A DNA stretch of 63,906 nt, the filler included, from an uncultured bacterium (lineage in GTDB: Bacteria; Latescibacterota; UBA2968): assembly GCA_964471275.1 (NCBI GenBank). It is 3 parts of 3 records of this genome, joined end to end, with 100 filler letters (N's around TTAATTAATTAA, not from the genome) between each part and the next. Parts side by side here need not be neighbours in the genome. Positions count along the whole stretch, not along the records: positions 1 to 27,483 come from CAYYGZ010000031.1; 2 more parts are not named here. One strand, 5' to 3'. The stretch's first letter is position 1, and every line of letters begins with the position of its first letter. This document shows, piece by piece, positions 10,660-21,315 of the stretch. The position numbers and the translations under genes were made by a program. The notes under the pieces are model-generated. The model had not been told where the DNA came from. It ran no database searches and saw only the letters and a list, made by a program, of their open reading frames with translations.

Positions 10660-11604
10660 CTACCGGTCGACGCCCAATTCCCAGTGACGAAGTATCGGTA
10701 GTAGCTCTTCCCAGAGAGCCTCGGGGATTTCGACCTCCGAGGCTCTTGCGTTTTGGACTGCCTCTTCCGGCGTGCGTGCACCCGGGATGACTGCTGAAAC
10801 ACGAGGGTGCAGGAGCTCATATTGGAGGGCCAGGGCCAGAAGTGGGATGCTGTGGTGTGCGCAGATTGCCTCGATCTCGGTGACGTGTGCGAGACAGGCT
10901 TCACTGAAACTGCGTCGGTGGAACTCGATACCTGAACTTGCTCCGACGGCAAGCAGGCCTCGTTCCAGAGGCTGTGCGAGGAGGATGCCGACGTCGTGTT
11001 TCTCGGCGGCGGGGAGGATGCGTTCAGCACCCAGGCGGTTCAGCAAGCTCCAGGCGTTTGGTACGACACAGACATCAAATTCACCCGTTTCGATATATGG
11101 CTCGGTGGTATGCGGGTCGTTCATTCCCGTACCGATGTATCTGACGGTTTCCTCGTCTTGCAGTTTTCGGAGGGCTCCGAGCGCGCCATTGTCGGCCATC
11201 ACTTGATCCATCGGGTAATCCATGGCGTCGTGGATCGACAACAGGGCGAAAGTGTCGAGTCTAAGACGTTCTTGCGAGCCCTCCACGTGTCGCATGACGG
11301 CGTCGTAAGAGTAGTCCCGTTCGCCTGGCACTGAGCCGACTTTTGTTACGACGGTCGCCCTGTCCGCGAGATCCGGTCGGGATGCCAGAACCCGACCGAT
11401 GATGCGCTCGGACCCCGTGCTTCCGTATATGGGAGCCGTGTCGATGAGGGTGGAGCCTGACTCGATTGCTGCGATGATCGTTTCCGCGGCGAGGTCTTCG
11501 TCGTAGTTGCCGGGCGTGGCGGAGTCGGGTGAGCCGATGAACATTGCACCGAGCCCGACGACGGAAACGTGGAGATCTGTACGGCCGAGTTTGGCTGTTT
11601 GCAC
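10660..11604 (-). CDS. Aldo/keto reductase
   Basis: LGRTDL.VS.VGLG, IDTAPIYG..GSE..IG, VTKVG, SIHD, VIPGART. Confidence 0.92.
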   Translation of the reverse strand: MQTAKLGRTDLHVSVVGLGAMFIGSPDSATPGNYDEDLAAETIIAAIESGSTLIDTAPIYGSTGSERIIGRVLASRPDLADRATVVTKVGSVPGERDYSYDAVMRHVEGSQERLRLDTFALLSIHDAMDYPMDQVMADNGALGALRKLQDEETVRYIGTGMNDPHTTEPYIETGEFDVCVVPNAWSLLNRLGAERILPAAEKHDVGILLAQPLERGLLAVGASSGIEFHRRSFSEACLAHVTEIEAICAHHSIPLLALALQYELLHPRVSAVIPGARTPEEAVQNARASEVEIPEALWEELLPILRHWELGVDR

Positions 11605-11727
11605 GTGGAATCACTTGTAGAGGACGTGGGCTACACACGGGAGGGCGTTCCTCACCGCAAAATCGGGTGTGAATGTACGCAAACGAGAAGTCGTATGCAC
11701 CAGTCAGGGCGACTGGCTCATCAGGGA

Positions 11728-13023
11728 TCAGGCGTGGTTTCCCTTTACGCCGATGGGCCAATTCTTGGAGGGCGAACGGGCTTCTTCCAAGTAGGTTTGG
11801 ATCTCGGCGACAACCTCGGTATGCTGATCGGCAACGTCTGTGGTCTCACCCAGATCATTGTCGAGGTCGTAGAGCTCGATCGGTTCATCGAGCAGGCGAT
11901 CGGTCGGTGGGCGAACAGCTTTCCAGTGGCGCCAGCGAACGGCCTGTTTGAACCCGCCACCGGCGTGACGTTCCCAGTACAGGAACCGATCAGACAGGTC
12001 CTGATCGTTCCCGAGCAACGTTGACAGGATGCTGACGCCGTCCGACTCTATCGGCAGGCCTCCGCCTAGGATTTCCGCAATTGTAGGCATGAAGTCGGCA
12101 TAATACCAAACCTGATCGCTGATGACGTTCTCGGAAATCGTCCCTGCCCAGTGGGCGATCATCGGTGTCCGAAGACCCCCCTCATACATGTCGCCCTTCG
12201 AACCCCGAAGAGGTCCGCACGAATCGAAGACACCCTCCCACCGACGTGCTGATCCGTGATCCGATCCAAAGAAGAGCAGCGTCTGCTCATCAATGCCTAA
12301 TTCACGAAGCAGATCGACAATCTGACCCACTTGTGTGTCGATTTTCGTGACCATCGCCGCGTAGACCTTCTCGTCATCCGTCCAGTTTCGATCAGCGAAT
12401 TCGCCGATTGACGGTATCTCGTAGGCTCCGTGCGGCAGCGTCCAGGGGATGTGCAGGTAGAACGGTCCGGCCTGGTGTCGCCGGATGAAGTCCAGCGCAA
12501 AATCGACGAACTGATCGTGAATGTATTCGCCCTTCTGCCCGTTTTCGTTGCCTTCCAGTACGACCTTCTCTTCGTTGCGCCAGATGTAGTCCGGATAGTA
12601 AGTATGCGCTCTCCGCTGGTTCAGGTAACCAAACCACTCGTCGAATCCTTTTCGGCTCGGTACACCGGCGGTGTCCGGCTCACCCAGACCCCACTTCCCC
12701 GTCATTCCTGTCGTGTATCCTGCCGTTTTGAAGAGCTCTGCAACCGTGAAATCGTCTGGCTCAAGCGGGACACGCTTCTGATCACCTATACCGCCGACAA
12801 TCCCGAAGTTGTCCCGAACGCGACAGTGCCCACTGTGGAGACCCGTGTTCAGCACACATCTTGAAGGCGCGCAAATCGAAGAACCCGTGTAGCACTGCGT
12901 GAAGCGCATGGATTTGGTGGCAAGGGCATCCAGATTCGGTGTCGGGATTGCTGTGCCACCGTAGCAGCCCAGGTCGGTATAACCCAGGTCGTCACAGAGG
13001 ATAAAGATGACGTTCGGTTTCAT
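11728..13023 (-). CDS. Arylsulfatase (formylglycine-dependent S1 family)
   Basis: KPNVIFILCDDLG, CAPSRCVLNTG, GKWGLG, SDHG, KGDMYEGGLRTP, ELYDL..D.GE. No signal peptide. Confidence 0.93.
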   Translation of the reverse strand: MKPNVIFILCDDLGYTDLGCYGGTAIPTPNLDALATKSMRFTQCYTGSSICAPSRCVLNTGLHSGHCRVRDNFGIVGGIGDQKRVPLEPDDFTVAELFKTAGYTTGMTGKWGLGEPDTAGVPSRKGFDEWFGYLNQRRAHTYYPDYIWRNEEKVVLEGNENGQKGEYIHDQFVDFALDFIRRHQAGPFYLHIPWTLPHGAYEIPSIGEFADRNWTDDEKVYAAMVTKIDTQVGQIVDLLRELGIDEQTLLFFGSDHGSARRWEGVFDSCGPLRGSKGDMYEGGLRTPMIAHWAGTISENVISDQVWYYADFMPTIAEILGGGLPIESDGVSILSTLLGNDQDLSDRFLYWERHAGGGFKQAVRWRHWKAVRPPTDRLLDEPIELYDLDNDLGETTDVADQHTEVVAEIQTYLEEARSPSKNWPIGVKGNHA

Positions 13024-13207
13024 AGTGGCACCCACCTGGACAGAGGGTGAAGAGGAGACTCGGTATCCTGAGCCGTTTCAGAGTAAAGCCATCGATTCAA
13101 TCCATTTCATCAGCCTGCTTTTATTCCGGCATCCCTGTGTCTTGAACGGTGTCCAAAGACCGATGTTTTGTCAACAGGGGGGTGGGCAAAGCTTAGAGCG
13201 TTGGGGT

Positions 13208-14500
13208 CTATCTGAAGCGTGGCAGGTACTTGTCATTCGCCTCGAGCGAGGCATCCAGGATCTGGTGAGCGACTTCAAGCGATGTGATCTGGTCGTCGAA
13301 GAGAAGACCCCGAAGGGCCAGCTGACGATCACCCGCCAGGGCAGCATCAATCTGGAGCTCCTGCTGAGTAACGCGACGACTCAGGATTTCGCGGACGGCC
13401 ATAGGCAGTGGACCGATCTCGATTCCAGATATGCCGTCTTTGCCGACCACCGCGGGGAGTTCGACGATCGCCTCATCGGGAAGGTTCTGTATCCGTCCGT
13501 CATTCGGTATGTTGACCATCTCCACGAGAGGATCGCGATGCCCTTCGAGCGCGGAGATGATCTCGACCGCGTTCTCGCCAGAGGGCCCTAGAAGTTGATC
13601 GATGGCTGTTTCGCCGCTGGCCCAGCTTTCCCGTTCTTCCCACCGGGTATCCCATTGTTCTGCTGACACGTGTCGGATCCGCATTCCGAGGTCCGCGCCA
13701 CCGTTACTTTCCGGTGTCAGGAAGTAGTTGAAAAACTCTGCGATGTGCTCCTCCGTCCCCGTCGGCCATACACCGAAGATTTTATAGATACTGGCCGACA
13801 CGGGTACTTCGTCCAGGAGCTCCCGATTCTCCGGTTTGTGTAGATCCGCGATCAGACCATCCAGGATTTCCTGGCCCTTATGCTCCAAGCCAATCGCCCA
13901 CGTCAGGTGATTCGTCCCGACCGATTTGAGCAGCAGCTCCCCTTCTTCGACCTTCAGCACCTTTGCAAAGAATCTCTTCGTTACCGCCCACTGTTCACAC
14001 AGACCGATCACAGGCAATCCGCTTTCCCGAACCATCGATCGACACACAGCTGCGAGCGGGTTGGCCAGATCGATGATGGTAGCGTCCGGACAGAGTCGGG
14101 CCACATCCTTTGCTATCTCCACAGCGTTCGGAATCACCCGTAACCCCCGACAATAGCCGGCCGGTCCAACGGTCTGGGATGTCGGTTGGTAGATCCCGTG
14201 CTGTTCGCCGATCGCCACATCACGCTCGCGTGCGAAGGGCTCACCCACGGCGATCGAGTTGAGAACATAGTCGCAGTTCGATAGCATATCTTCTCGATAC
14301 TGTGAGGCGATGATTGTCAGATCCGCTCCTGACTCGGCAACCATTCGGTTGATGATTCGGGTGGTGGTGTCGAGGGCACGTGCATCCGGATCCACAAGTG
14401 CAAGCGTCGAGCCCGAAAAATGATTGTCACGAATCAAGTCAGCCGCGATCCCGAAAGAGAAGCGCGACCCGGCACCGATGATGGCAAGGTTGGTAGGCAA
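13208..14500 (-). CDS. Glycoside hydrolase family 4 (NAD+/Mn-dependent)
   Basis: IIGAGS.F, QTVGPAG..RGLR.IP, ANP, IGLC, GTNHL.W, NIPN.G.I.NLP..AIVE.P. TTG start at 14500 follows AAGGA. Confidence 0.88.
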   Translation of the reverse strand: MPTNLAIIGAGSRFSFGIAADLIRDNHFSGSTLALVDPDARALDTTTRIINRMVAESGADLTIIASQYREDMLSNCDYVLNSIAVGEPFARERDVAIGEQHGIYQPTSQTVGPAGYCRGLRVIPNAVEIAKDVARLCPDATIIDLANPLAAVCRSMVRESGLPVIGLCEQWAVTKRFFAKVLKVEEGELLLKSVGTNHLTWAIGLEHKGQEILDGLIADLHKPENRELLDEVPVSASIYKIFGVWPTGTEEHIAEFFNYFLTPESNGGADLGMRIRHVSAEQWDTRWEERESWASGETAIDQLLGPSGENAVEIISALEGHRDPLVEMVNIPNDGRIQNLPDEAIVELPAVVGKDGISGIEIGPLPMAVREILSRRVTQQELQIDAALAGDRQLALRGLLFDDQITSLEVAHQILDASLEANDKYLPRFR

Positions 14501-14660
14501 ACGGATATCCTTCAGTGGAGGCGTGAAGCTGAATAGGGAAGAGGCGCTTGGGGCAGGGGGCATGGGTCGTGGAACAGTTCTTTGGCGCCAACAGGGACGT
14601 GTGAATCAGCAATGGTCACTCAAATAGCCGCCTTCCCCACGCCCCCCTGCGCCTCTGTTT

Positions 14661-15650
14661 CTAAAGGTCTCCTGTAGCTCTAAGTAACGTTTCCTGTACG
14701 AGTAACTCGTGCTCTACGGGTCTATCACGCTCCTGTGCACCTGCGATGACGGCGAGGAATGATTGTAAGGCAAGTTCGTAGAGGGCCTGACGTGAGCGAC
14801 CCTCGACTTCAACGATCTGTTCTCCGGCGAGGTAGCTGCCACGGGGCTCGTCGAGAACCAGACGGATTCTGTCTCCTGGTTCGAAGGGCTCGAGGATGAT
14901 TGCACTACCCTTTGTCCCGTATATCTCGAAACGACGTGCGGCAGGGCGAGGTTCGAATGAGGAGATGTCGAGGAATGCGATTGCCTTCTCGAACTCGTAG
15001 ACGGTGACGGAGTTGTCGACGACGTTGGCAGCGTCGCTGTGGTTCCGAAGGAAAGAGGAGACGGTGTGAGGGCGTCCGAGCAGCCAGCAGATCTGGTCGA
15101 GCATGTGGGCGCCCAGATCGTAGAATATGCCCCCTTTAAAGATGCCCATCGCTTCACGGCGATCTCTTGGCAGGCTGGTGGACATATGTCCCCGTAATGA
15201 GGTGATGTCTCCGAGGAAGCCGCCCTTTACCCATTCGTCAATCAGCTGGAAGGCCGCGTGATAACGGAACATATAACCCAGCTGAATCAGAAGTCCCTTC
15301 TGCTCGGCCAGAGCGACGACTCGTTGCCACTGTTCCCAGTCACACCCGGCAGGTTTGTCATACCAGACGTGTTTGCCCGCTTCGATCAATGCCTCAGTCT
15401 GATCGAGGCTCTCGATGTTTGCACCCTCAGACGCTACGGCGATGATACTCTCGTCATCGTAGATTTCGGCGACCTCATCGAACCAGTGAGCGTCGCTGTA
15501 GGGCTCCTCGTTGTCAACTTCCTTCCTGCGGATCGTGTCCGGTTCGTAGATGCCGGCAAGCTCGCAGTTGGGGTTTGTCTTGAGCGCGCGATACTTGCCG
15601 CCCGCGTGCCCATGTTTGGTTCCGATCTGGGCCCAGCGTATTCTTGCCAT
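14661..15650 (-). CDS. Gfo/Idh/MocA oxidoreductase
   Basis: IGTKHGHA, AGKHVWYDKPAG, GGIFYDLGAHMLD, EIYGTKGS. Confidence 0.9.
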   Translation of the reverse strand: MARIRWAQIGTKHGHAGGKYRALKTNPNCELAGIYEPDTIRRKEVDNEEPYSDAHWFDEVAEIYDDESIIAVASEGANIESLDQTEALIEAGKHVWYDKPAGCDWEQWQRVVALAEQKGLLIQLGYMFRYHAAFQLIDEWVKGGFLGDITSLRGHMSTSLPRDRREAMGIFKGGIFYDLGAHMLDQICWLLGRPHTVSSFLRNHSDAANVVDNSVTVYEFEKAIAFLDISSFEPRPAARRFEIYGTKGSAIILEPFEPGDRIRLVLDEPRGSYLAGEQIVEVEGRSRQALYELALQSFLAVIAGAQERDRPVEHELLVQETLLRATGDL

Positions 15651-15798
15651 TGCGTGCCTTCGTTTGTGTGAGTTGCAGCCTGTTGGTTCTCCCGATGAAA
15701 TAGACGGCGTACCGTTTTATCCTATGCTCGCATAATCGGAGTGGGCGAACGTATCCGCAAGCGCCATCGGGATGGCTCAGGTGCTGGTGCCAGACTCT

Positions 15799-16348
15799 TC
15801 AGAGTTTACGTTTCATGAAGATTGCGACCTCGCCGTAACAACTTTCTTCGTGGTCATAGTATGTGAGGTCGATTCCTTCCAGTTCGAAGCCAATCTTCTT
15901 GTAGAAGTCGATAGCTGGGACGTTTGTGTTCTGGGTCTCGCATACGACATACGGTATCCAGCCACGCGTCCAGCATCCGTCAGCGCATCCATCAACCGCC
16001 GACCGGTACCTCTGTGTTTGTGGGTCGCCGACGCGTGAAGGCCCCAGACGACCAGCGCACGATCCACTTACGTTTTCCAGCCACAATCAACCCGATCAGC
16101 CTTCCCTCGTATGTGGCGCCGAATGACACGCCTTGCTTCAGATACTCCAGATTCGTTCGATACGTCTCTTCGTCGAAAGGGCAGATCTTTACAAGAGGCC
16201 CACCGAGAGGGGTGCGCTTGAGCGTGATGGCGACGGTGTTACCCGTGTCTGACTTAGTTGGTACATAGGTTTCCTGGGAGGTATATCCGACGACGAGGTT
16301 TCTGTATGCGTCAAGGGATATGTCGGTCAGGGGTTGGATGGAGATCAT
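15799..16348 (-). pseudogene. GNAT acetyltransferase (streptothricin acetyltransferase-like), two frameshifts
   Basis: Three frames assemble into one protein: ...RLIGLIVAGKRKW / RALVVWGLHAS..HKHRGTGRRLMD / VCETQNTNVPAIDFYKKIGFELEGID. Confidence 0.75.
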
Positions 16349-16398
16349 GGGACTGGGGTTGGGGTGTGGTGGGTGGGGGTCACAGGCTATTCAGGTAG

Positions 16399-17802
16399 TC
16401 ATATCCGGATGCTTCGGAAGTTCATGGATTCGGTAAATGTCTCCAATGCAGCGGAATGATCACCGATGCCGAGGGCGATGTGGTGGGAGGGGCCCTGTTG
16501 GCACCAGTCGTCCATAAATTCGTGGAGAGGCTTGTTGACGCGGACCCGGGCATTCGGGTTGCCGATACTGAGGATGTCACCTGAGATGATTTCACCGACA
16601 GAGTAGATCAGCTTGAAGGTGTCACCAGCATCGAATTGCGTGAGATTGAGCAGGGTGACGGGGCCCGTCTTCACGTCGAAGTCGATACCGAGGCCGTGAC
16701 CGGACTTACCGTGCTGCGTGTCCAGGTGCGTGAGTCTCGGTTTTCCTTCGGCCAGTGCGACGTTGGTCGGTCCGTCGTGGCCCAACAGGAGAAAATCGTC
16801 CTTGAAGTCGATGGCGAAGAATTCGACGAACATCCCGCCACCACCGAGCAGGTCGAGAATCTTCATGGCCATCGCAGATTTGACATCACCTTCGGTTACT
16901 CCAGGTCGTCCCATCGCTGCCAGGCGAGAGACTGCCAGGTTGGATTCGGCACGAAGCTGCGTGATCAGATCATCCTCTCCCCACCAATAGTAGCCGAAAG
17001 CAGAAATGTCGTGCCGCTGCGCAATGATCTCATCGTAGACGACAGCGACCTGCGCCGAGAAATTCATCTGCTCATTGGTGACCGTGTCGTCGACTTCGTA
17101 GAGCTCCCGAAATTGCGTGAACATGTCCTCCAACTGCGAATCGGTGACGCGATCGAATGCATTCCGGAATTCCTCTATCTCTGGACGGATCAGCATTCGC
17201 CCGGTTGCCCTGATAAACCTGTCCTCGTCGATCGGCATGTCGGTCATACCCGGGTATACCTGACCCGCTAACCCGACGTTCATGTGTCGGAAGAATCGTG
17301 CCGCGGCCACACCTCTGAAGTCGTCAGTCAGTTCTGAAAGGAAGCGCCTGTCCTCGAAAGCACCCGTGATGACACGGAAAGGCTTCCCGATGCTGACGAG
17401 TGCGCCGGAGAATTCGGGTATGCAGCAGACTCCTTCGTGATGGAGGTAGTCGGTCGTGTCGGCAGAGGCGTAGTCGTAGGTCCAGTCCTCGTGGGCGTTG
17501 AGCAGGCGGATCGGGACGCTTGCGTCGCGAACTGCCGGGAGCATGTTTGCGCTTGGTGTGTAGCCGAACGGGAAGACGAGGATGATGTCTACATCTTCTT
17601 GCCTGAATTGCTTGCCTGCGGCGTGGGATTTTCCGGGCGTGTCGACGAGATCGCAAGTGACGATGTCGGCATGTTGACCAATCAGAGCGTGCAGTTTGGC
17701 ACCCATCTGCTCGCCCATAGCTTTCAGGCGAGGATACTGGTCCCAGTAGTAGTGATGACCGACGGAGAGAAGGCCGACCTTGGCACGGAGTTGTGTGGGC
17801 AT
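16399..17802 (-). CDS. L-fucose/L-arabinose isomerase family protein
   Basis: YPGMTDM, PGVTEGD, GGMFVEF, LGHDGP, GPVTLL, GPSHHIALG.G. Confidence 0.85.
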   Translation of the reverse strand: MPTQLRAKVGLLSVGHHYYWDQYPRLKAMGEQMGAKLHALIGQHADIVTCDLVDTPGKSHAAGKQFRQEDVDIILVFPFGYTPSANMLPAVRDASVPIRLLNAHEDWTYDYASADTTDYLHHEGVCCIPEFSGALVSIGKPFRVITGAFEDRRFLSELTDDFRGVAAARFFRHMNVGLAGQVYPGMTDMPIDEDRFIRATGRMLIRPEIEEFRNAFDRVTDSQLEDMFTQFRELYEVDDTVTNEQMNFSAQVAVVYDEIIAQRHDISAFGYYWWGEDDLITQLRAESNLAVSRLAAMGRPGVTEGDVKSAMAMKILDLLGGGGMFVEFFAIDFKDDFLLLGHDGPTNVALAEGKPRLTHLDTQHGKSGHGLGIDFDVKTGPVTLLNLTQFDAGDTFKLIYSVGEIISGDILSIGNPNARVRVNKPLHEFMDDWCQQGPSHHIALGIGDHSAALETFTESMNFRSIRI

Positions 17803-17846
17803 AAGGCGTTGTCCGCAGCGATAGTGTTGGTGGCTTGATCTGGGGG

Positions 17847-17871
17847 GATCCCTCGCAAGCTCAGGATGACA
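17847..17871. repeat. REP-like dispersed repeat GATCCCTCGCAAGCTCAGGATGACA
   Basis: Copy of the 10618 element, abutting the stop codon of the gene ending at 17872. Confidence 0.7.
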
Positions 17872-19110
17872 TCAGTCTACGTGTGTTGGGGTCCAGGATA
17901 TGGGACGCGACACGGCCAGGAGATAGCTCATGGCACTGCCAGTAAAACCATAGGCGTGAGGGTCGGTCCGATCGATCTGCGACTTCCAGAGTTCACGGAC
18001 GCGTGGGCTGAACTGGGCGAGCGATGTCCACAGTGAGCCGTGCCCGAAGCTCTTCTTGCCCGGTTCGTCGTAGGTCTTGTTGCTGCCGTCGATATTCGCA
18101 AACCGGGGGTCAGCATCTTCGTCGCGAAACATGAACTGGGTGTTGGTCTGGATCAGCTTCTCGATATCTGCCCGGTCGAACCTGATCCCCTGGTTGTAAC
18201 ACGCGACGACGTAGCCGACATCCGTTCCGTAGTAGCCGCCCTTGGGGTGTATCCACGATGTGAAGTAGGTGTCTCCCTCTCCAAACACACCACTCTTGTA
18301 GTCCCAGGCTCCGAGGATTTCACGATAGTTCCACTCCGCGTGTCGTTCGTCGATTCGCCAGTTCCGCTTGAAGACACGCGCGCACCGCTCGATTCTGTCT
18401 CGATACCAATCGCTCCCGGTCAATCGATATGCGATCAGAAAGCCGTTCAGCATCTCGTGGAGCTTGTTGTAAGCGAAGGTCGTTCCGGCGAGATGGTCTG
18501 CTTCAGGAATCAACTCACCCGTTTCGGAATCAGGTTTCTCCGTGATTTTGATGTACCAGCCTTCGTCCTTACCCATTTCCTTCCAACAGCCACGTCGGTC
18601 CCAACCGGGAATCGAATGCTCAGTGATGTCCTTGAACCATTTCTCCGCGATCTTACCGTAACGTTCCGACAACGTCGGATCGGATCTGACTACTTCCACG
18701 AACCGAAGCGCGGGTTTGTAGTACACAATTCCTGCGTGGATGACCATGTAGGAATGGGTTCGTGTTTCGTAGTGATACCAGCCCGACCACGTGTCAGGAT
18801 CGGTTGGATGGATGTACCGCTCCGCGAGGATGCTTTGCATGAGCGCGACAAACGTGTCGAGGAACTCTGTCTGGTGGGAATACGCATACGCATCCAGAAG
18901 TGGAGTCAGTTTGTGTGAGTTACTCCAGAACCAGCTCTCTCCGCTGTCGGCCAAAGGAGCAGGCGGTTTGCGCCCGTTCTCGAGTATGGTGGGCCGGATG
19001 CTCTCGAAGAGGGCACGGTGATCATCGGACGTGGCTGTGAGCGGAGGCGCTTGGGCCTGTGAAGCAGAGGTGAGCATCATCATAGCGAAGATTCCTCGGA
19101 TTATTCCCAC
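17872..19110 (-). CDS. Secreted hypothetical protein, Trp/Tyr-rich, possibly a helical-toroid carbohydrate-active fold
   Basis: Signal peptide ending ASQA; 412-aa ORF; LIAYRLTG...Y resembles alpha/alpha-toroid helices. The fold is inference. Confidence 0.6.
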   Translation of the reverse strand: MGIIRGIFAMMMLTSASQAQAPPLTATSDDHRALFESIRPTILENGRKPPAPLADSGESWFWSNSHKLTPLLDAYAYSHQTEFLDTFVALMQSILAERYIHPTDPDTWSGWYHYETRTHSYMVIHAGIVYYKPALRFVEVVRSDPTLSERYGKIAEKWFKDITEHSIPGWDRRGCWKEMGKDEGWYIKITEKPDSETGELIPEADHLAGTTFAYNKLHEMLNGFLIAYRLTGSDWYRDRIERCARVFKRNWRIDERHAEWNYREILGAWDYKSGVFGEGDTYFTSWIHPKGGYYGTDVGYVVACYNQGIRFDRADIEKLIQTNTQFMFRDEDADPRFANIDGSNKTYDEPGKKSFGHGSLWTSLAQFSPRVRELWKSQIDRTDPHAYGFTGSAMSYLLAVSRPISWTPTHVD

Positions 19111-19198
19111 GTGTAAAGGTCTTTCTGATATTGAGTGGACGCGTTTTGCCTACACCCGCTGGTGTGGTGGGCCAGGGCCCACTCTGTGTGTTCCAAGT

Positions 19199-20120
19199 TC
19201 ATTCCTTCCGGTCCTGCCGAAAATTGATTCCCGTGTGAAGGTGTGAAAACCCGGCGCTCGCATATAGAGCTTTTGCGTTCGTGCTCTCGTCCATTACGCA
19301 CAGGGTGACCGTCTGCTTTCCCTTTTCGTCGATCAAGCATGACAGAGCTTTCCTCAACAGTTCTCTGCCGATGCCTCGTCTGCGTGAATCCTCCCGGACC
19401 CCGACATATTCGATATACCCCGCCGTTGGCGTTTCGAGAAGTACCCGGGTATAACCGAGGACCTGACCGTCGTGATTGTAAACAAAGACTTGCTTGTCGG
19501 AACACAGTTGGTCCACGATCTCACGACCCTTGATGTAGGTCGAGGGGAAGGCAGCGTCGTGCGTCGCGATGAGGCTGTCTGTGTGAATTTCGTCGAGATC
19601 AACACACAAGGAGTCGCCGATAACAGCACTCTCTGCTCGTGGCCTCGTAGATGTGCGCCCTGCCCGTCGCCTGGAAGCCCAACGAGCGGTAGAATTCATC
19701 ACCTCGCGTGTTATGCTCGTTCTAGAAGCTGTCTATTCTCGTTATTTCAATCGGAAGGTCGGTAATCAGCCTTGCATACAAGGCCTGCGATAATCCTTCC
19801 CAATCGTCCTGGAGGGCAAAGGGTCCACGAAGCCATCCTTGTCCCAGATCGCTCACATACTCGCACCCGATGACGCCTACAGTCTTCCGGGCCGTCGCGA
19901 CGACGTATGTCACCTTGTTGGTCACGGTCAGGTCGCGGATCTCTTTCTCGATGCCGTCCGCGTCTGCCGCCGTTTCTGCCTGGATGCAGTGCGTTGCCGG
20001 AGACTGGGAATGCCTGAGGACGTAGTCAGCGATCTCGCGGAATCGGTCTGGGCCTGCCGTTTCGATGGTGATATTCTGGTTCACGTCCCTTCCATCTGGT
20101 CTGCGATCTGGATGACTCAT
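19199..20120 (-). pseudogene. Tandem GNAT acetyltransferase with an in-frame TAG (19722-19724) and a frameshift near 19630
   Basis: ...GWLRGPF...TRIDSF*NEHNTRGDEFYRSLGF, then a shift to GYIEYVGVREDSRRRGIGRELL...A.ALYASAGF. Confidence 0.75.
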
Positions 20121-20307
20121 CCTTGGTTTGCTACTGGCAGTTGGTAAAGGAGGTCCGACTGACGGGTTGTCTGCGGCTATCGTATCTCAGATCGAGGGGG
20201 AACCGAGTTCTCGATACGCCCCGAGATTCTCCCGGGTCTACTCGAACATCCGGTTGAATGTCAATCTCATACCCGACGAAAGTGCCGCAGTACCAGACGT
20301 CCAGGGC

Positions 20308-21315
20308 TCACAGACGAACAGCTTTTCGGGTGTCGAAGCTCTCGTAGATCGCGTCGATGACCTGCATCTGTCCGATACTGTTCTGCGCCGGTATCCGATG
20401 TTCCGTGTTCCCATCCAGGACGTCGCACATATGCTCGAGCTGAAGCGTGAATTGATGGACCGGTTCGAAGTGGTGACGGTGTGTCGATCCCCGGGACAGA
20501 TGGTCCAACCAGACAGGGCGGTTTTCGTTGTTCCAGGCACGGTCGGTTCGGAGGCTCCCCGTTGTGCCGATGACTTCGGACTCCTGGCTGCTCCACGTAT
20601 CGAATCCAACCGTGATTTGGGCGATGCCGCCGTCCGGGAAGATCAACTGGATGGCCGCCCCGTCGTCGACTTCGATTCCCGGACGTCGTGTGGCGAAGAC
20701 TTCGACCGGATCGGCACCAAATATCCACCTTGCGTGATGGATGTTGTAGCAGGCCAGGTCGTAGATGCTTCCGCCGCCTTTCTCTCTGTTCCACCTCCAG
20801 TTCAGTGCCGGCTTCCGGTCCGATACGGGTGCTCCCGATGAGGTGCAGAATGTGGAACGCACCGACATCAGCGTCCCGATTTCACCCGATTCGGTGATCT
20901 CCTTTTCGAGCAGATGCATCGGATGGTGGCGGAATTTGAAGGCCTCGGCGATCAGGACATCGTTCCTCTTCGCTGTCTCGACGAGCCGAATCGCATCGGG
21001 AGCCATTTGTGTGAACGGCTTTTCACACAGGATTGCATTTACACGCCCCGATTCAGCAAGCTGGCATCCAAGGTCAGCGTGGAAGACCCCCCAGGTGCAG
21101 ATGACCGCGATGTCGATCGACTCGTTTGCGAGCATCCGGTCGAGTTCGAGATACATTCGCTCAACCGGGAACTGCCGGACGAATCGGTCGATCGAATCCT
21201 GTGAGACATCGGTGACGGCTACGAGGTCGGCCCGGTCGGTCAGAGAGCAGGCCGTTGCGTGCGCTCGAGATATGCCACCCGTGCCCACGAGGGCAACGCG
21301 ATAGGGTGCACTCAC
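20308..21315 (-). CDS. Gfo/Idh/MocA oxidoreductase
   Basis: RVALVGTGGIS, ILCEKP, EAFKFRHHP, GGGSIYDLACY. The GTG start overlaps the upstream TGA (GTGA). Confidence 0.92.
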   Translation of the reverse strand: MSAPYRVALVGTGGISRAHATACSLTDRADLVAVTDVSQDSIDRFVRQFPVERMYLELDRMLANESIDIAVICTWGVFHADLGCQLAESGRVNAILCEKPFTQMAPDAIRLVETAKRNDVLIAEAFKFRHHPMHLLEKEITESGEIGTLMSVRSTFCTSSGAPVSDRKPALNWRWNREKGGGSIYDLACYNIHHARWIFGADPVEVFATRRPGIEVDDGAAIQLIFPDGGIAQITVGFDTWSSQESEVIGTTGSLRTDRAWNNENRPVWLDHLSRGSTHRHHFEPVHQFTLQLEHMCDVLDGNTEHRIPAQNSIGQMQVIDAIYESFDTRKAVRL

